Assembly (NCBI RefSeq): GCF_023055435.1
Contig: NW_025963780.1
Location: 20,398,001-20,462,000 of the forward strand
Origin: Haliotis rufescens
Taxonomy: Eukaryota
Length of the DNA stretch: 64,000 bases
Reading direction: 5' to 3'
Positions within the stretch are counted from its first letter, which is position 1. Each line of letters opens with the position of its first letter. Of the stretch, positions 25,101 to 38,700 are shown one piece after another. The notes below the pieces were generated by a model, which did not search any database, was not told the origin of the DNA, and worked only from the letters and a program-made list of their open reading frames with translations. Both the position numbers and the translations under genes were made by a program.

Positions 25101-28100
25101 GAAGCCAAATAACATTTGTTTACAAATGTAGGATATTCATTCCTTACATAGTAACATCAGAAATATTAATGATAGTTACACAAACGTGGCACTTTCCTTC
25201 ACAAAAATTCTAGTTTCAAAACTCTCAACTTTGTACCTATATTTAGTGCATTATGGATAAGGTTCAACTGGTTTACCCTGAGTCACCAAGCAGCCAACCA
25301 TCAGGTGCAGTTTCTTCCATCCTCATCCCAACTTGACTACTACTCCAAATCAAAGAATCGTGAGTCGATCCTGGCCATTTTGCCACCACGTTGGTAAAGC
25401 TGTAATAGTAAACAATTCCACTTTAAACAGATGTTTGGTTTCCATTAAAGCAATGAAAATATTTTTGTATTGATAATCTAATATATATTATGAACAATCT
25501 AATATTATCAGACAATTTATATCTTTCGGATTTGATAACTTTCATTACATTCAAACTCATATTCCTACAATTTGAATACTTTGTAAATTAATATACGTAA
25601 TCATAACTTTTTGACATGTCAAATCAGTTCAATGAAGACCACACACTAAATAATTAAAAGTACAATGTTTGTTAAAAGAAACAAAATTACATTTCATGTA
25701 TCTTGAAATTAATGAGTTCTAGTAACACTCAGAAAATAATCCTAAAAATATTGTTGTATAAATGGTAACAAAATATAAGGCAACTTATATGTAGATAAGC
25801 AAAAAAAGATTGAATGAAGCTGGTTTCATTTGACAGGAAAGTAGTTTCGACTCGCTTGTGGGTCAAGGCCGTTGCTAGTGTAAACAGTACAGCGTAGTTT
25901 GCGGACCATGGCCCAGTTACCACTATTCTTTGAAAGTTGATTGCCGTTAATTGATTGATATCGATAAAAAAATATACATAATGTATCTTTATTGTAAAAT
26001 AAGGGATCTACTGTACATCTTACCGGAGAGAGCTGTCGCATATCGCCTGCACATTGATGGCATGATATCCCTTCCGGCATATGTAGGCCGCTTCGTCGTT
26101 TGGTGATGGTCGTTTTATGGGAATAAGTGTTCCGTCGACGGCACCAAGAACTTTTGGGAAATGACCAATTCTATAGAATGCTTGCTGTACCTTGGTTTGC
26201 TGCTCGTGACTCCAGGGAAAAGTAATATTGTCTAAAACCGTGCATATTGCATTTACCGTTGAATGAAAACCTCTCGACACACTTGATTTATCCAAACCAT
26301 GCAAATCTCCAATTTCAGAAAGAAATCCCCCTTTTCCTAAATATCTCAGCGTAAACAAAACTTGAGATTCCACTGTCATAGCGTACGAACGCTGTGTTGG
26401 TCTTTCGACCAAAGGACGAACTTTGTCTACGAGACAGAAAATGGCTTCGCGAGTGAGGCGATAACGCGATATCAGGTCCAAGTCTGTCAGTGTCTCAAGC
26501 TGCATGGTGCGATCTCGGAAAACACGCTGTTTCCTCAAACTTCTCTCAGTTTCCTCACACATCAACAAGAAAGTAGCCATGTTGAAATTCAATGAAGTAT
26601 CAACCTTAGCGTGGCTAAGGTTGGGTCTGACCAACCTTAAAATTTTCACCTTAACTAAGGCTACCTTAGCGTAGGGTAGTTTCATGCAACAGGGGGTCAA
26701 CCTTAGTAAAGGCCTAAGGTTAAAACTTAAGGATATAAGGTAACCTTAGCGCTAAGGTTGTTTTGTACAACGGCACCCAGGTTTTGCATTAATGCAAAAA
26801 AATAGTAACGTCAATTCTAAATTAACATTTGATTGCTCCTTTAAACCTGGGTACACATTTGTTAGATCTTAAATTTAAGATATGTGTATTAATGAAATAT
26901 GTATTTGTTTTCTTTGTTGTTCAACGCCACAATCAAGCTTGTGAGTAAGTAAGTGCTTAATGAATTGGGAAAACTCCCTGTATAAGTCATAGTTTGTGAT
27001 AGCATCGCCAATCATGTTGAAAGTATTGTTTGTTGTTTAACGCCGCACTCAGCAATGTTCCAGCTATATGACGGCGGTCTGTAACCAGTCAATCCAAGGA
27101 TTGATGTCATGAGCATCGATCTACGCAAGTGGGATACGATGACATGCATCATCCATGTCAGCGAACCTGACCACCCATTCCCGTTAGTCGTCTTTTACGA
27201 CATGCATAGTCGCTTCTAACGACAAGCATGGGTTGCTGAAGACCTATTCTACCCCGGATCTGCACGGGTGAAGGCTGTACTGGGTAAGATGTATTATCAG
27301 CCATCATCTGTACGATATGACATACCTGAGGTCTGGAAGTGTTCGATGGGGACATCACGTTTAAACGCCACATGCCCGGTGATGCAGAACACAGCGAAGC
27401 CGAAGAATATCTGTGACAGCAGCGTGATCACCGTGATGAATAACGCATCCCTGTAAATGAGACAGCAACTTTTATTAAATGTTTTGGTATTTTTCTGGTG
27501 CATTTGAAAAGAATGAGTGTTGTAACCGATCAAATATAATATTGTAATCAAACATTTAAAGATTTTATAACAATATGGAAAATGTTTGTCGTGCATCGGA
27601 AGAGTGGGCATGTTTTATCAGTAATAGTACAGTGGCCAACGGATAACCAGTGTCTGGCAAACGAACGGTTGATAGCATGAGCAAGGATATACGTCGTCGG
27701 GTTGTGATGACACAACCAACAACGTCGCGCATTGTGCAATGATGTGCCAACATTCTTTAAACCATGAATCGACATATCTTTCTTTATCACATAATAGGTA
27801 GGTTTTTCGGCAGGATAAAGCCAACGGATAAAACCGATATCCGTTGGGGTCATATGCGGATAGAGATGCAATTATCAAAGGTCAAGTAGGGACTACTTTC
27901 ACTGTTTATAAACAAACATGGCGTCGCCCTTGTCATTCGGCGATCGAGTCCGAATTAACCATCGGGAATCTGAATAAGCTACAGGGATAATTGCTATCAT
28001 TATCAAAAGAACAGTCTAATATACTGAAAATCAGTGTCTAACTGTGACGTAGATAAGGCATTTTATAAGTTTTGGCAACTTTGGAGATATAAATTTCGAA

Positions 28101-29701
28101 ACAATTTTTCGAGGGCACGAGGCCTAGCCAAGCGGGATCAGTAGCCATATCTGTGCTTGTAGATCTCTGCGGCTTGAAACCTTCTCCACAAATTACAATA
28201 GTTGGATTCGGCCGAAATATGTTTCAATTGTTACCTTGCTTCGTTTTGTCGCTGTGTGTACATCACTTCTTAACGTTATGACAGGACAGGCCGACTATCA
28301 ACAACGTCTGAACGTGACCGTGACGTCTTATAGACTAGGGTTAGAGTAGCTTCCCTTTGACAAAGGGCAGTTACTCTAGCGGACAAGGCTCGCTAAATAC
28401 AATGTTTAATCCTAACGCAGGATATTTACCATCCCCAAACACACTCGCGTGATAACCTCTATATATTATCAAATAAACCTGTACTGTCGAGCGGAAGAAA
28501 GTATACACTTGAAAACTGAATTTGACCAAAACATTATAAACGTAATCAAAATGCACCAGACCGAAAAAAGTCGCCAAAACACTGCGAACGAAAGGTCACA
28601 ACCACAACTATGCTACTCGCATCAAATACATCACCATCAAATAACCATTTCTTGTTTGTATCATATTTAGAAACCATTATTCATGGTGTATACTTTCTTT
28701 TGCACGGCAACCAATGTTGCGTTACTCTGTCCTCAAGCAGATTGGATGATCTCGACCAATTCTGCTATCTGATCTTCCGGTGATCACCAAATCTCATTAA
28801 AATCTTATATTAGTTCTCGCTACCGCCAAACAAAGGTCTGAGGACATCCCGGGGCACGTCGGAACGACCTTTCATCATACCAATTAAAGCGTCGCTTACC
28901 AGATAATGAAAGTGACAGATGGAATGTGTTTTCATATTATGCAACCTCAAAGATTTAACACGAGTCCTTCCGAACGACAGTTATGGGCTTTATGGCTGAA
29001 ACCATACATTCTTGGCCATCTATTAGCCATTCCAATTTAGAATTTGTAACCGAGAATTTGTTAAAATATGGTTCTGAACGTAGCCGCCAGTTTGAAACTA
29101 GTGCCGTGAAGCACGAGAAAGCTGCCTTCTGATTGGCTAATACCGACTTCTTGTCACACTCCCCTACCCAGAGTTCCATGTGACCAGCATCGTACCTCTG
29201 CCAAAGGCATTCGTCACATCTTACACAGTCAATTCAAAATATTGCATATGTTTTTCATCCGTTTCATTTTTAACAAGTCTACATATCTAGATAAACATAT
29301 GTCATAGAGTGCACGTGGTAAACTTTCATTGAGAAAATATCCTAATTCATGAAAAACTATTTCAATTTGCGTAGTTATCCTATGTTTACATTGGTTGTCC
29401 GGCTCCACGTGCTGTCATCGAAACCCTACGGAGAGCTAGCGATACGGTCTCTTTGGTGTGTAAATATGAAATATGTATTGTCATTCAACTCACTGTCGAA
29501 GTTGTAGTAGCATATGTATATAATTATGCAAAACAATATGTACAGCGCCCCTAAAAACTTGAATAAGGCCGTTCTATTCTGATTTCTGAAAAAGCGCATT
29601 TGTTAACAAAGAAGAGAAAAGTCCGGTCACGTGACATGCAAATTAGCCTGTTGCAATGGTGTTATGCTAAGTCACCACTGCGCCTGAGCGTGTTCTTGTC
29701 A

Positions 29702-29734
<33 letters not shown>

Positions 29735-32700
29735 TTTTTTATTTCGAAAAAAATCTTTATTTCTGTATAAATTACCACCAAAGACAATAAATAGATCTTA
29801 ACTGTGCACACACCCCACCCCACCCCACCCCATCCCCCTTTTCAAAAAAGCCGTATCCGCCCATGCCATTGGTCGGTAAAAGTTCGCGAAAGGTCGGTGT
29901 GAAGTTATCCTTAATGGGATGTCTTCAGATCTTTGGTTAGCGGTAGCGAGAACTGAGATTGGATGATTACCTGACTATATTGTGGAAAAAAATATTTTTC
30001 AATTTGTTGTCAAATTAAGCGAAAGGAACTCACCTAAAACAGTTGTTGTTGACTGGGTTGTGGGCTGCCATTGTTATTAGGAACCCGTAGCTAATTCCCA
30101 TTTGATACAAACTCAGTCCGAGTGCCTCCATCCACACCTGAATGTTAAAGAAATCATCATTAGAGTGAGTGAGTGAGTGAGTGAGTGAGTGAGTGAGTGA
30201 GTGAGTTTTAACACCCTTGAACAATAGTCCAGTTCTAGACGTTTCAACTGATGAAACCCAGGAGGACGGGTATGGTGATGGGCGTACCCTGATTCAAACC
30301 CTCGATCGTCGAAATCTTGCCAGACAAAGGGATGTACAGTTTGAACAGGATTTCAGTTATATCACGACATGTCAGCTCGATGTGGGAGGAAAGCCCTACG
30401 TGATGGAGGTTCTGGTCTTTTCTACTGATGGAACCACGAGCACGGGGATGGTGATGACAAACCAAGAATTAGATTCAGAGTATCTCTTATTAGAACCATC
30501 GATTAGCGGAACCTGGCAATACTAGGGGAAGTAATTTTGCATATCGAATTGTTGCGGCTTAGAAGATTGGTCAACCCTAACGGTGGTGACAAATATCATT
30601 TCTGTAACAAAATGGATGATGCTGTCAAAAATGCATGGATTTGACAATGTTGAACATTATTTCCGTTATATCGCGAGCATGTATTCCTGTTTGTTGTTTA
30701 ACGCCCCACTCACCAATATTCCAGCTATATGACGGCGGTCTGAAAATAATCGAGTCTGGACCAGACAATCCAGTGATTGACATCATGAGCATCGATCCAC
30801 GCAATTGGATTACGATGACACGCATCAACCAAGTCAGTGAGCCTGACCACCCGATCCCGTTAGCCGCCTCTTACGACATGCATAGTCGCCTTTTACGGCA
30901 AGCATGGGTTGCTGAAGACCTATTCTACCCTGGATCTTTACCGGGCGCATGTATTCTTGATGTAGGATGAAAATCCAAGACGATCCTGATGGAGCACATG
31001 TATGGTGCTGCAAAAGGTGGTGCAGAAATACCTAGAAACAGGGCGAACCCACGACCATACTGTTACGTTTCAGACACGCTTTAAATGACTGGGTTACCTG
31101 CCCCTGAACCCGTGAAGATTCCGGTGTAGAATAGGTCTTCAGCAACCCATGCTTGCCGTAAAAGGTGACTATGCTTGTCGTAAAAGGAGACTAACGGGAT
31201 CGGGTGGTCAAGCTCGCTGACTTGGTTGATCCATGTCATCGATTCAAATTGCGTGTTCATGATATCAATCACTTGATTGTCTGGTCCAGACTCGATTATT
31301 TACAGACCGCCGTCATATAGCTGGAATTTTGCTGAGAGCGGCGTTAAACAACAACAAACAAACCAAACCAACCAATCTGTCCCTGATGGGACATCAGTGT
31401 GTCTATGATGACATAAAGATGTTAGCATTAAAACACTTTACCTTTGGATCAATAAGTTTTTCAAAGTGTGGCATGATGAAGAACATGACACCGTCTACAG
31501 CACCGGGGAGGGAGGAACTGCGGACCAGGAACACCAGGATGAGGATGTAGGGACAGGACACTGTGACGTACACGATCTATAACGGACAATATACATTGGT
31601 GAGTGAGTTGAAAGCCAAACACTATGCAGGTCTTAGGAGTGTACTACTGCTACTTCTACTACCACTGCTACTTCTACAACTACTACTACCACTACTACTA
31701 CCACCACCACCACCACTACTACTACTACTTCTGCTAACACTATTCCTAATGCTGTTCCTTCTGCTACTACTACTTCTGTTCGTACTATTATTACTACTAC
31801 TGTTGCTGCTACTACTACTACTGCTGTTGCTGTAGCTGCTACTACTACTACTACTACTGCTGTTGCTGCTACTACTACTACTACTGCTGCTCGTACTATT
31901 ATTACAACTACTGTTGCTGCTACTACTACTACTGCTGTTGCTGCTACTACTACTACTGCTGTTGCTGTTGCTGCTACTACTACTACTGATAATACTACTG
32001 TTGCTGTCGCTGCTACAGTTACTACTTATACAGATGATGCTCCTACTACTGCTGTTACTACTACTTCTACTGTTACTACCACTACTACTACTTCTAATAT
32101 TGCTTCTGATATACTGCCAGTACTACTATTACCATGGCTGCTACTACTAGAGCTGCTACTACTACCACAACTACTACTACAACTGCTACTACCACTAATA
32201 CTGATGCTACCACTACTACTTCCGCTGCAGCTACTACTGCTACTACAACTACAACTTCTACTACTACTTATACTACTACTGTTGTTACTTTTACTACTAA
32301 ATCAATATGTTATTATTATTATGTTATTGTTCCCCGTCATATATTACATTGCAATATATACCCCCTTACCTTGCCAGATAATTTGACCCCATTGAGTAGG
32401 CACAAATATACAGACAGGAAGGTCACCGCAAGACAACCGATCAGCGGCCATCTTAGTGTCCCCATATTCTCCACACCATCTGATATATCTAGAACTTGGT
32501 TTCTGAAACACGAACAATGAAAAGTGAGCGAGTGGAATGCGTTTGACTCTGTTATAGCAGCACACATTTCAGTGTGTATACGGCGCATCAGCTTAAGGAG
32601 GGAGCAGTGCCCAAAGTGATGTAGGTCCTAGATATTTAACACCTTGGTAAAACCAACGAGGACAAATATGGTGTGGACTAACTCTGATCCATGATTCAAA

Positions 32701-35700
32701 CATGTATCGCATTTGTTTATAGCCCCTATAGACACCATCCCTAAAGGCATTTTAAGCGCCACGGGACGAGGTAGAATAAGAGCCTATTTTGGACAACTGG
32801 AAATGTCAAATGTTATGGTAACGGAATTAATATTTTTATATGTAAATTATCAGAAATGTTCAAATGGCTCATAACTATTGTTTTGGAGGTTTCTGAAACG
32901 ATGAAACATATATGGGTGGCTAAAATGTGCGAACAATTGTGATCTTTTTAACTACAAATGAAATATATGTGCAACTCCAAGATGATATTTTTTATTACAT
33001 GTTTTTCTATGCCCTATCTACAGCAAAAGTCGAAGACTTGCTCACTTTCAAATATTAGAAAGTGCTTCATAACCTCATGTCAACCTTTTTGACACATTTT
33101 TCCTTACCTAATCATTTTGTTGTTGTTGGAAGCCCAACACATACATATGATTAAAAGAATCCTTTTTATGACACATGACAGCTTTTATATCGATATCGAG
33201 ACGTTAGATTTCATTTCTGAAATCCAAATACTCAATGAGTCATAACAGGTCCTTACCTTCCTTATCCTTTGGTTTTAAATCACTTTTAAATAAATTGATA
33301 TGTCTGAAGATGTAGACATGATATAATAAATATATCAAAGCAGAAACTGTTTTAAATGTTTGAATGTTTTTAAGTTACACTGACTTTGGTCCATATTATT
33401 TAAATAACATACCGAAAGAATTCTTCGGAGGCCGAGATTTCTACATGACTTTCATTTCCAGTCGACAAGTTTGTCAACCTGCCGAGCGTAGTCTTTATCC
33501 CGTAGTCTGAGAAGTTGCTGTGAAGGGCTGTGGAGTTGTAGGCTGTCAATGTTCTATTGATGTGTGACGTCCCGTCGACACAGTTCTGTGTGTTCCACTC
33601 CTGGTTGCACTGTGTCCAAGGCAGAGTGGGGAAGAAGGAGAAGTAGAGGTAGTATAGAATCCAGGCGAAGAAGACTGGGTAGTAGATGGCGAATAACCAG
33701 GATATCATGACTGAACCCAGGCCAACCCCTGCAACATGAGGACATAGAATGAGATTAGAATAATACCTTAATATTGGAGGAAACAACTGCGCTTGGCGAA
33801 TAGCAAGGGTAACATCACTGAACCAAGTCCAACGTTCAGAAGGAAGGCTAGAAGGTGAGAATAAAGCTAGGCTTGGAGGGACGTAGATGGCTAATGGTCA
33901 GGGAGCCACGAGGATGGTATGATAACAGAAGTATACGTTAATAATATCTGAATGCATTTATTCACAAGCGGCATAAAACATCATATGTTTATGACAACAG
34001 AACTACAACATGATAAAGAGAGAACACTTTCTTCTGCCGGACTTGAATGAACTTGAGCTTGCGTGTCAAAAGAAGCGTCACTAAAATATGTAAACCGTTC
34101 ACTGCATTGCATTCGGCGGAGGCTCGAAGAAAGAAAAAGAAGCGTCAATCAAACATGGGAAATAACCCTGCTGAGTGCCTTTATAAGTTTCAGAATATTG
34201 ACGAGTGCGGTTTTAACCAGGAAGGTATGCGATTAATCAGTGTCACAGTCAAATACGGCCTTTCTTAGATAAACATCATCCGAGATATTATTCCAAAGTT
34301 GTTCAAATTCGATGCAGTTTGCAACGCGCTATTTCGACACTAGACCTCCATTAACATGGATTAACACTACCTCGTCAGTGTGACTGGTTTTAGGATGTAC
34401 ATGTATCATATGTCATAGGTTTTTTTCATAATATTGATTTTATAATTCATCCTTGCGTTTGAGAAAATCGGTGGCCTGTAAACCCAAAGTGCGAAGTAAG
34501 TAACGTTCTCGTCAACAAAGAAAAGCGTAAAGTACTCAGGCAGCCGGAAATACACACTGATGAGGTGAAATAGATCAATGCATGTATCGACACAGTTATC
34601 CTAATCGGTGGTACAGTAAACTACGGTTATACCGAACACGCTTATAACGAAATGGCCGATATAACGAACTTATTTTTAGTCCCGTCCATTTGTTGTATAT
34701 ATATGATGTATCTATGTTTATAACGAACTACGGTTATAGCGAACTTAATTTAGTGGTCCCTTTGAGTTCGTTATAACCGTAGTTTACTGTACTAACACAA
34801 TCATTAGAGCCACTACTCAAGTTCTTACCTTTGACATCACACTCATCACAGTCTTCAGGCCAGACTGGGTAAGTGCCCTATTGCAATTGTTCGATTTCGT
34901 TTTATAATATATTATTTTTATGATTCCGTTTTTACACCAACTGTAACTCGTGAACCGGTTGACAGCATGTAGATTCATGGGAACTAGTACTTCATCACAT
35001 TCGGGACTAAGAGTGGATATTTCAAAATTAATTCAGTTAAAATGACACAGTTTACCCTATATCTTTTGCGACTGTCAAACTTGGCACGTTCTAGCAGCAT
35101 GAGTAGCCAGTCACTGTTTGTTCTTTGGCTTATGTCACATGCCATGTACTTTTCCAGTCATATTTGCGTCCGCTGGCCTAGAATCGTGGAATCTTAGTTT
35201 TGAGTGTAGAGTATGCGGTCAGGTAATATTCCGTGAATTCGATGCTGTTTCACACGCGAATGAATAATTATGAAATGCGACTTCGCCTCTGTTATAAGAG
35301 TAAACTCTTTCTTGTCTTTTAGATTCTTATTTAAAACTTGCCGATGGGTTATACAAATATTTGAAAAAAACAACTCAAGGAACAACTGATTATCTGTCCC
35401 TCCTGAAATTAATGTTGAATGACTCTCGCCAAGGCTCGGGACTTACAACTTTAATTTCACTGGGGCACGGCTAATCCGTCATTCCTCGTCACTCGTAAAT
35501 TATTGTCTATATAATTCCGTATTTAAATTATCTTCTCATATTCTCAAACCCTCACAAAACACCGTCACAAATGTGTGTACAGCAGGTGAGACCTCGTCCG
35601 GTGGTCTTAGCTCAGCATGTTTGGAAACATTTACTGAAGGATTTGTTTCAAATCAATTCTACAGATTGAATCTCGTTGACTGACTACAATGCAAATTGGT

Positions 35701-38700
35701 CCGTTTCAGGAAACTGTGAAGGTATAGTTGATAGAATTTTGGTAATGTATCAAAACAATAAAACACGATGCCCGTATTCTTGACGAACTCCGTCCTAACT
35801 ATCAGATTCATGGAAGATTGAATAGGAAGAAGATGAGAAGTAGGTGGTGAATAGTGAGGACACCATCACTGACCCATGATCCACACACATACAACACAGG
35901 GGAGGGGAGGTCAATGGATCTCCTTCCTAACTCTGACACACATCAACGAAGATGGATCACCAAGAAGATGAGAAGTAGGTGGTGAATAGCGAGGACACCA
36001 TCACTGACCCATGATACACACACATACAACACAGGGGAGGGGAGGTCAATGGATCTCCTTCCTAATTCTGACACACATCAAAAAGATGGATCCCCATAGA
36101 AGATGAGAAGTCGGGGTAGGTGGTAGAAAGGTGAAAAAATAACCCGGATACCAAGCACTGATCCCAAAAGGGAAACAAAACCTACATGAGTGAACAAAAA
36201 GTTCTAAGGCTTGTACTGTTATTCAAGTTTTTCCCATCCAACATATGTTCGGTCAGAAATAAAGTGACGCAAAGACCCAGCGGACATCGTGCTACTGTAA
36301 ACCAATCCTTCGTCATCGAGTTGAACTAACAAAGCTCACCGACTAATCTCCACAATAGATTTATTTTGCTGAGCTGGATCATTGCCATGAGTAATAGTGC
36401 AATTCGTAACATAAAACGTCCTTTGTTCTCTGTGTGGAGATAATTAAAACGCGAAATGTTTTAAGGAGAAGCTACATGTTTGTTCCACAGTCTGGTACCC
36501 AATGTCAGTCCAGGGCCCACTTGCACAAAGCGATCTTAGCGCTACGACTATTGTAAGCCTATGTTAAAGTATGGGAGTTAAGATCATCTTAGCGCTAAGA
36601 TCGCTTTGTGCAAGTGGGCCCAGGACTAGACTTTGTAATTCGTGCCCCTATGTCACCAGTCGTTATTTCTATTAACATAGCGTTATCTCTGAATGATTAG
36701 GGTAACCGCTAACTGCTAGATGGATAGACATGATAGAATTTACATTAGTAGACAAACAGAGGGTGCTTTGATCGATTTGAATCACACTTGCGGGGAATGT
36801 CAATCTGCCACCTACCTCGCAATGGCGGACATATTTTCCATGCGCTGATTGGTCCACCTCGAGAGTACTGGCCCACGAACATCTCCAGATACGTCAGTGG
36901 TACAGACCCCAGCAGAGTGAAGATGATGAACGGGATAAGGAAACTACCTGGAAAGAAAGGATGTAAACATATTATGGAGTGTGGGCTGCAATCTGATAGG
37001 TTGAAAAGATTTGTTAAATGGGGTTTGATTCCGGAATTCTTCTTTCTAGTTCATTTGAATACTTTTATGATATATAATATATATATATAAAGAAAGGAGA
37101 ATATATATATATGTTACAGGAAACAAGTATAATCAGTGATAAAGTCTAATGACTGAAAATTTCAGTGATTATGTCTTATAACTGATTCACTCGGTGGTTA
37201 TGTCTAATTACTGAAATCTAAAAAAAATATATATACTCGTATATTTCATTATATATATATAGTTCTGTCTTTCCGATATACTTTTCATTGCATCCACTAC
37301 AAACAATCAAGTAAATAACATTTCTAGTATCACAAGTCATATTTTGTTTTACAGTAAATTTAGTGTCCTTGGTAATTTGGACTGAACAGCCTTCAATTAT
37401 ATTGCTGCAAGTTATATTAGGCAACGTTTGTCACCGCACTTAGAAACCTGTGGAGTGATGACAACAGAATCAAATTTAGAACTTGTCAAAATCTTTCTAA
37501 GATTTTTGGGTTGTCTTTGGCTGTTGATAATTTTGTATTTGCTCAATATCTTCTCCATGTTAATACTTTGATTCAAAATAGGCAGGTATCGTTGAACCAT
37601 GGATAATGTTTCTTCATGATTAGGGTTGAAGGTAGATACTAGAGTTAAATTATTCCCCATATTGTTTTCTTCAGACTTTTCTCTCAGTTTTAGTTGCTTA
37701 ATACTTAGCGCCTTCTGTATGCTATCTTCAATTAGCTTTGCGGGATAATTTTGATGCAGTAGGAAACTCTTAAGTTCAGCAAGGCGAGTAGTTTTAACAT
37801 CATTCCCGGAAACAATGGTAACAAATACATCTTGCGAGACAGTAAGGGATATTTCGTTTTGTATGATACGGGTGACATGATCCAAAATCCAAATATTGGT
37901 GCGTATCAGTATCTTTATCAAAGATATCAGTTTGTACAAATCTCCCAGATATTAAATTGATTCCTACATCGAGAAAGGTTAAACTGGATTCGCTTTTTTC
38001 CATAGTGAAATTGAGTGACGCATTAAGTGAATTTAAAATTTCATGAACAGCTGTAAGTTGACTTTCGCTGGTTTTTAATATGACAGTCGTCTAAAAACCT
38101 TTTCCATGAGGATTCAATTTGTTCTTTCATAGATTCACCAAGAGTGTCTCTCACCTTATCATAAAACATATTCTCTAAAAATCCCAACATAAGGGTTGCA
38201 TAAGTAGGGTATAGTATAAAAGNNNNNNNNNNNNNNNNNNNNNNNNNNNNNNNNNNNNNNNNNNNNNNNNNNNNNNNNNNNNNNNNNNNNNNNNNNNNNN
38301 NNNNNNNNNNNNNNNNNNNNNNNNNNNNNNNNNNNNNNNNNNNNNNNNNNNNNNNNNNNNNNNNNNNNNNNNNNNNNNNNNNNNNNNNNNNNNNNNNNNN
38401 NNNNNNNNNNNNNNNNNNNTGAACTAGAAAGAAGAATTCCGGAATCATGTGATATATGCAAACCTAATTATATTTACAAAATAATTAAATATAAAACGTC
38501 CATTCAAGGGAATAAGGGCAAAATACATTATAGCAGTGGAATGAATAAACCACTAAAAATCAGTGATGATACAAGGTATTCGCGAAAACGTTAAGCATGT
38601 CCCGCCCTAGTCTGTCATACAGACCCAGAAAAATATATCCAATACAGCCAATGCAAGTCCATAATGTTTGGATTACTGAAGTATCTTAAAATTAAGAAAG

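Larger units (their letters stand above)
21420..26777. mobile_element. Autonomous PIF/Harbinger DNA transposon, apparently intact, in SLC6 intron 7
   Basis: 24-bp perfect TIR GGTGCCGTTGTACAAAACAACCTT at both ends; CAG TSD (21417-21419, 26778-26780); convergent Myb/SANT gene and DDE transposase gene. Confidence 0.95.

Noticed and set aside
26581-26700. 40-aa N-terminal extension of the transposase ORF
   Set aside because: It runs through the subterminal palindromes; the ATG at 26580 gives a typical Harbinger transposase length.
28955-29179. ORF similar to the ORF at 56076-56441, suggesting a gene family
   Set aside because: Both lie inside copies of the same non-coding MITE.
30247-30310. CTGATGA...GAAA hammerhead-like words (also near 34557)
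   Set aside because: I could not build the required three stems by eye.
31563-32520. Poly-Leu and poly-Thr ORFs
   Set aside because: These are translations of an intronic trinucleotide microsatellite, antisense to the SLC6 gene.
34829-34877. Possible 49-nt SLC6 exon (AG...AAAG|GTAAGA, minus strand)
   Set aside because: It would break the frame between exons 2 and 3, has no polypyrimidine tract, and the true TM2 exon lies at 36947-36816.
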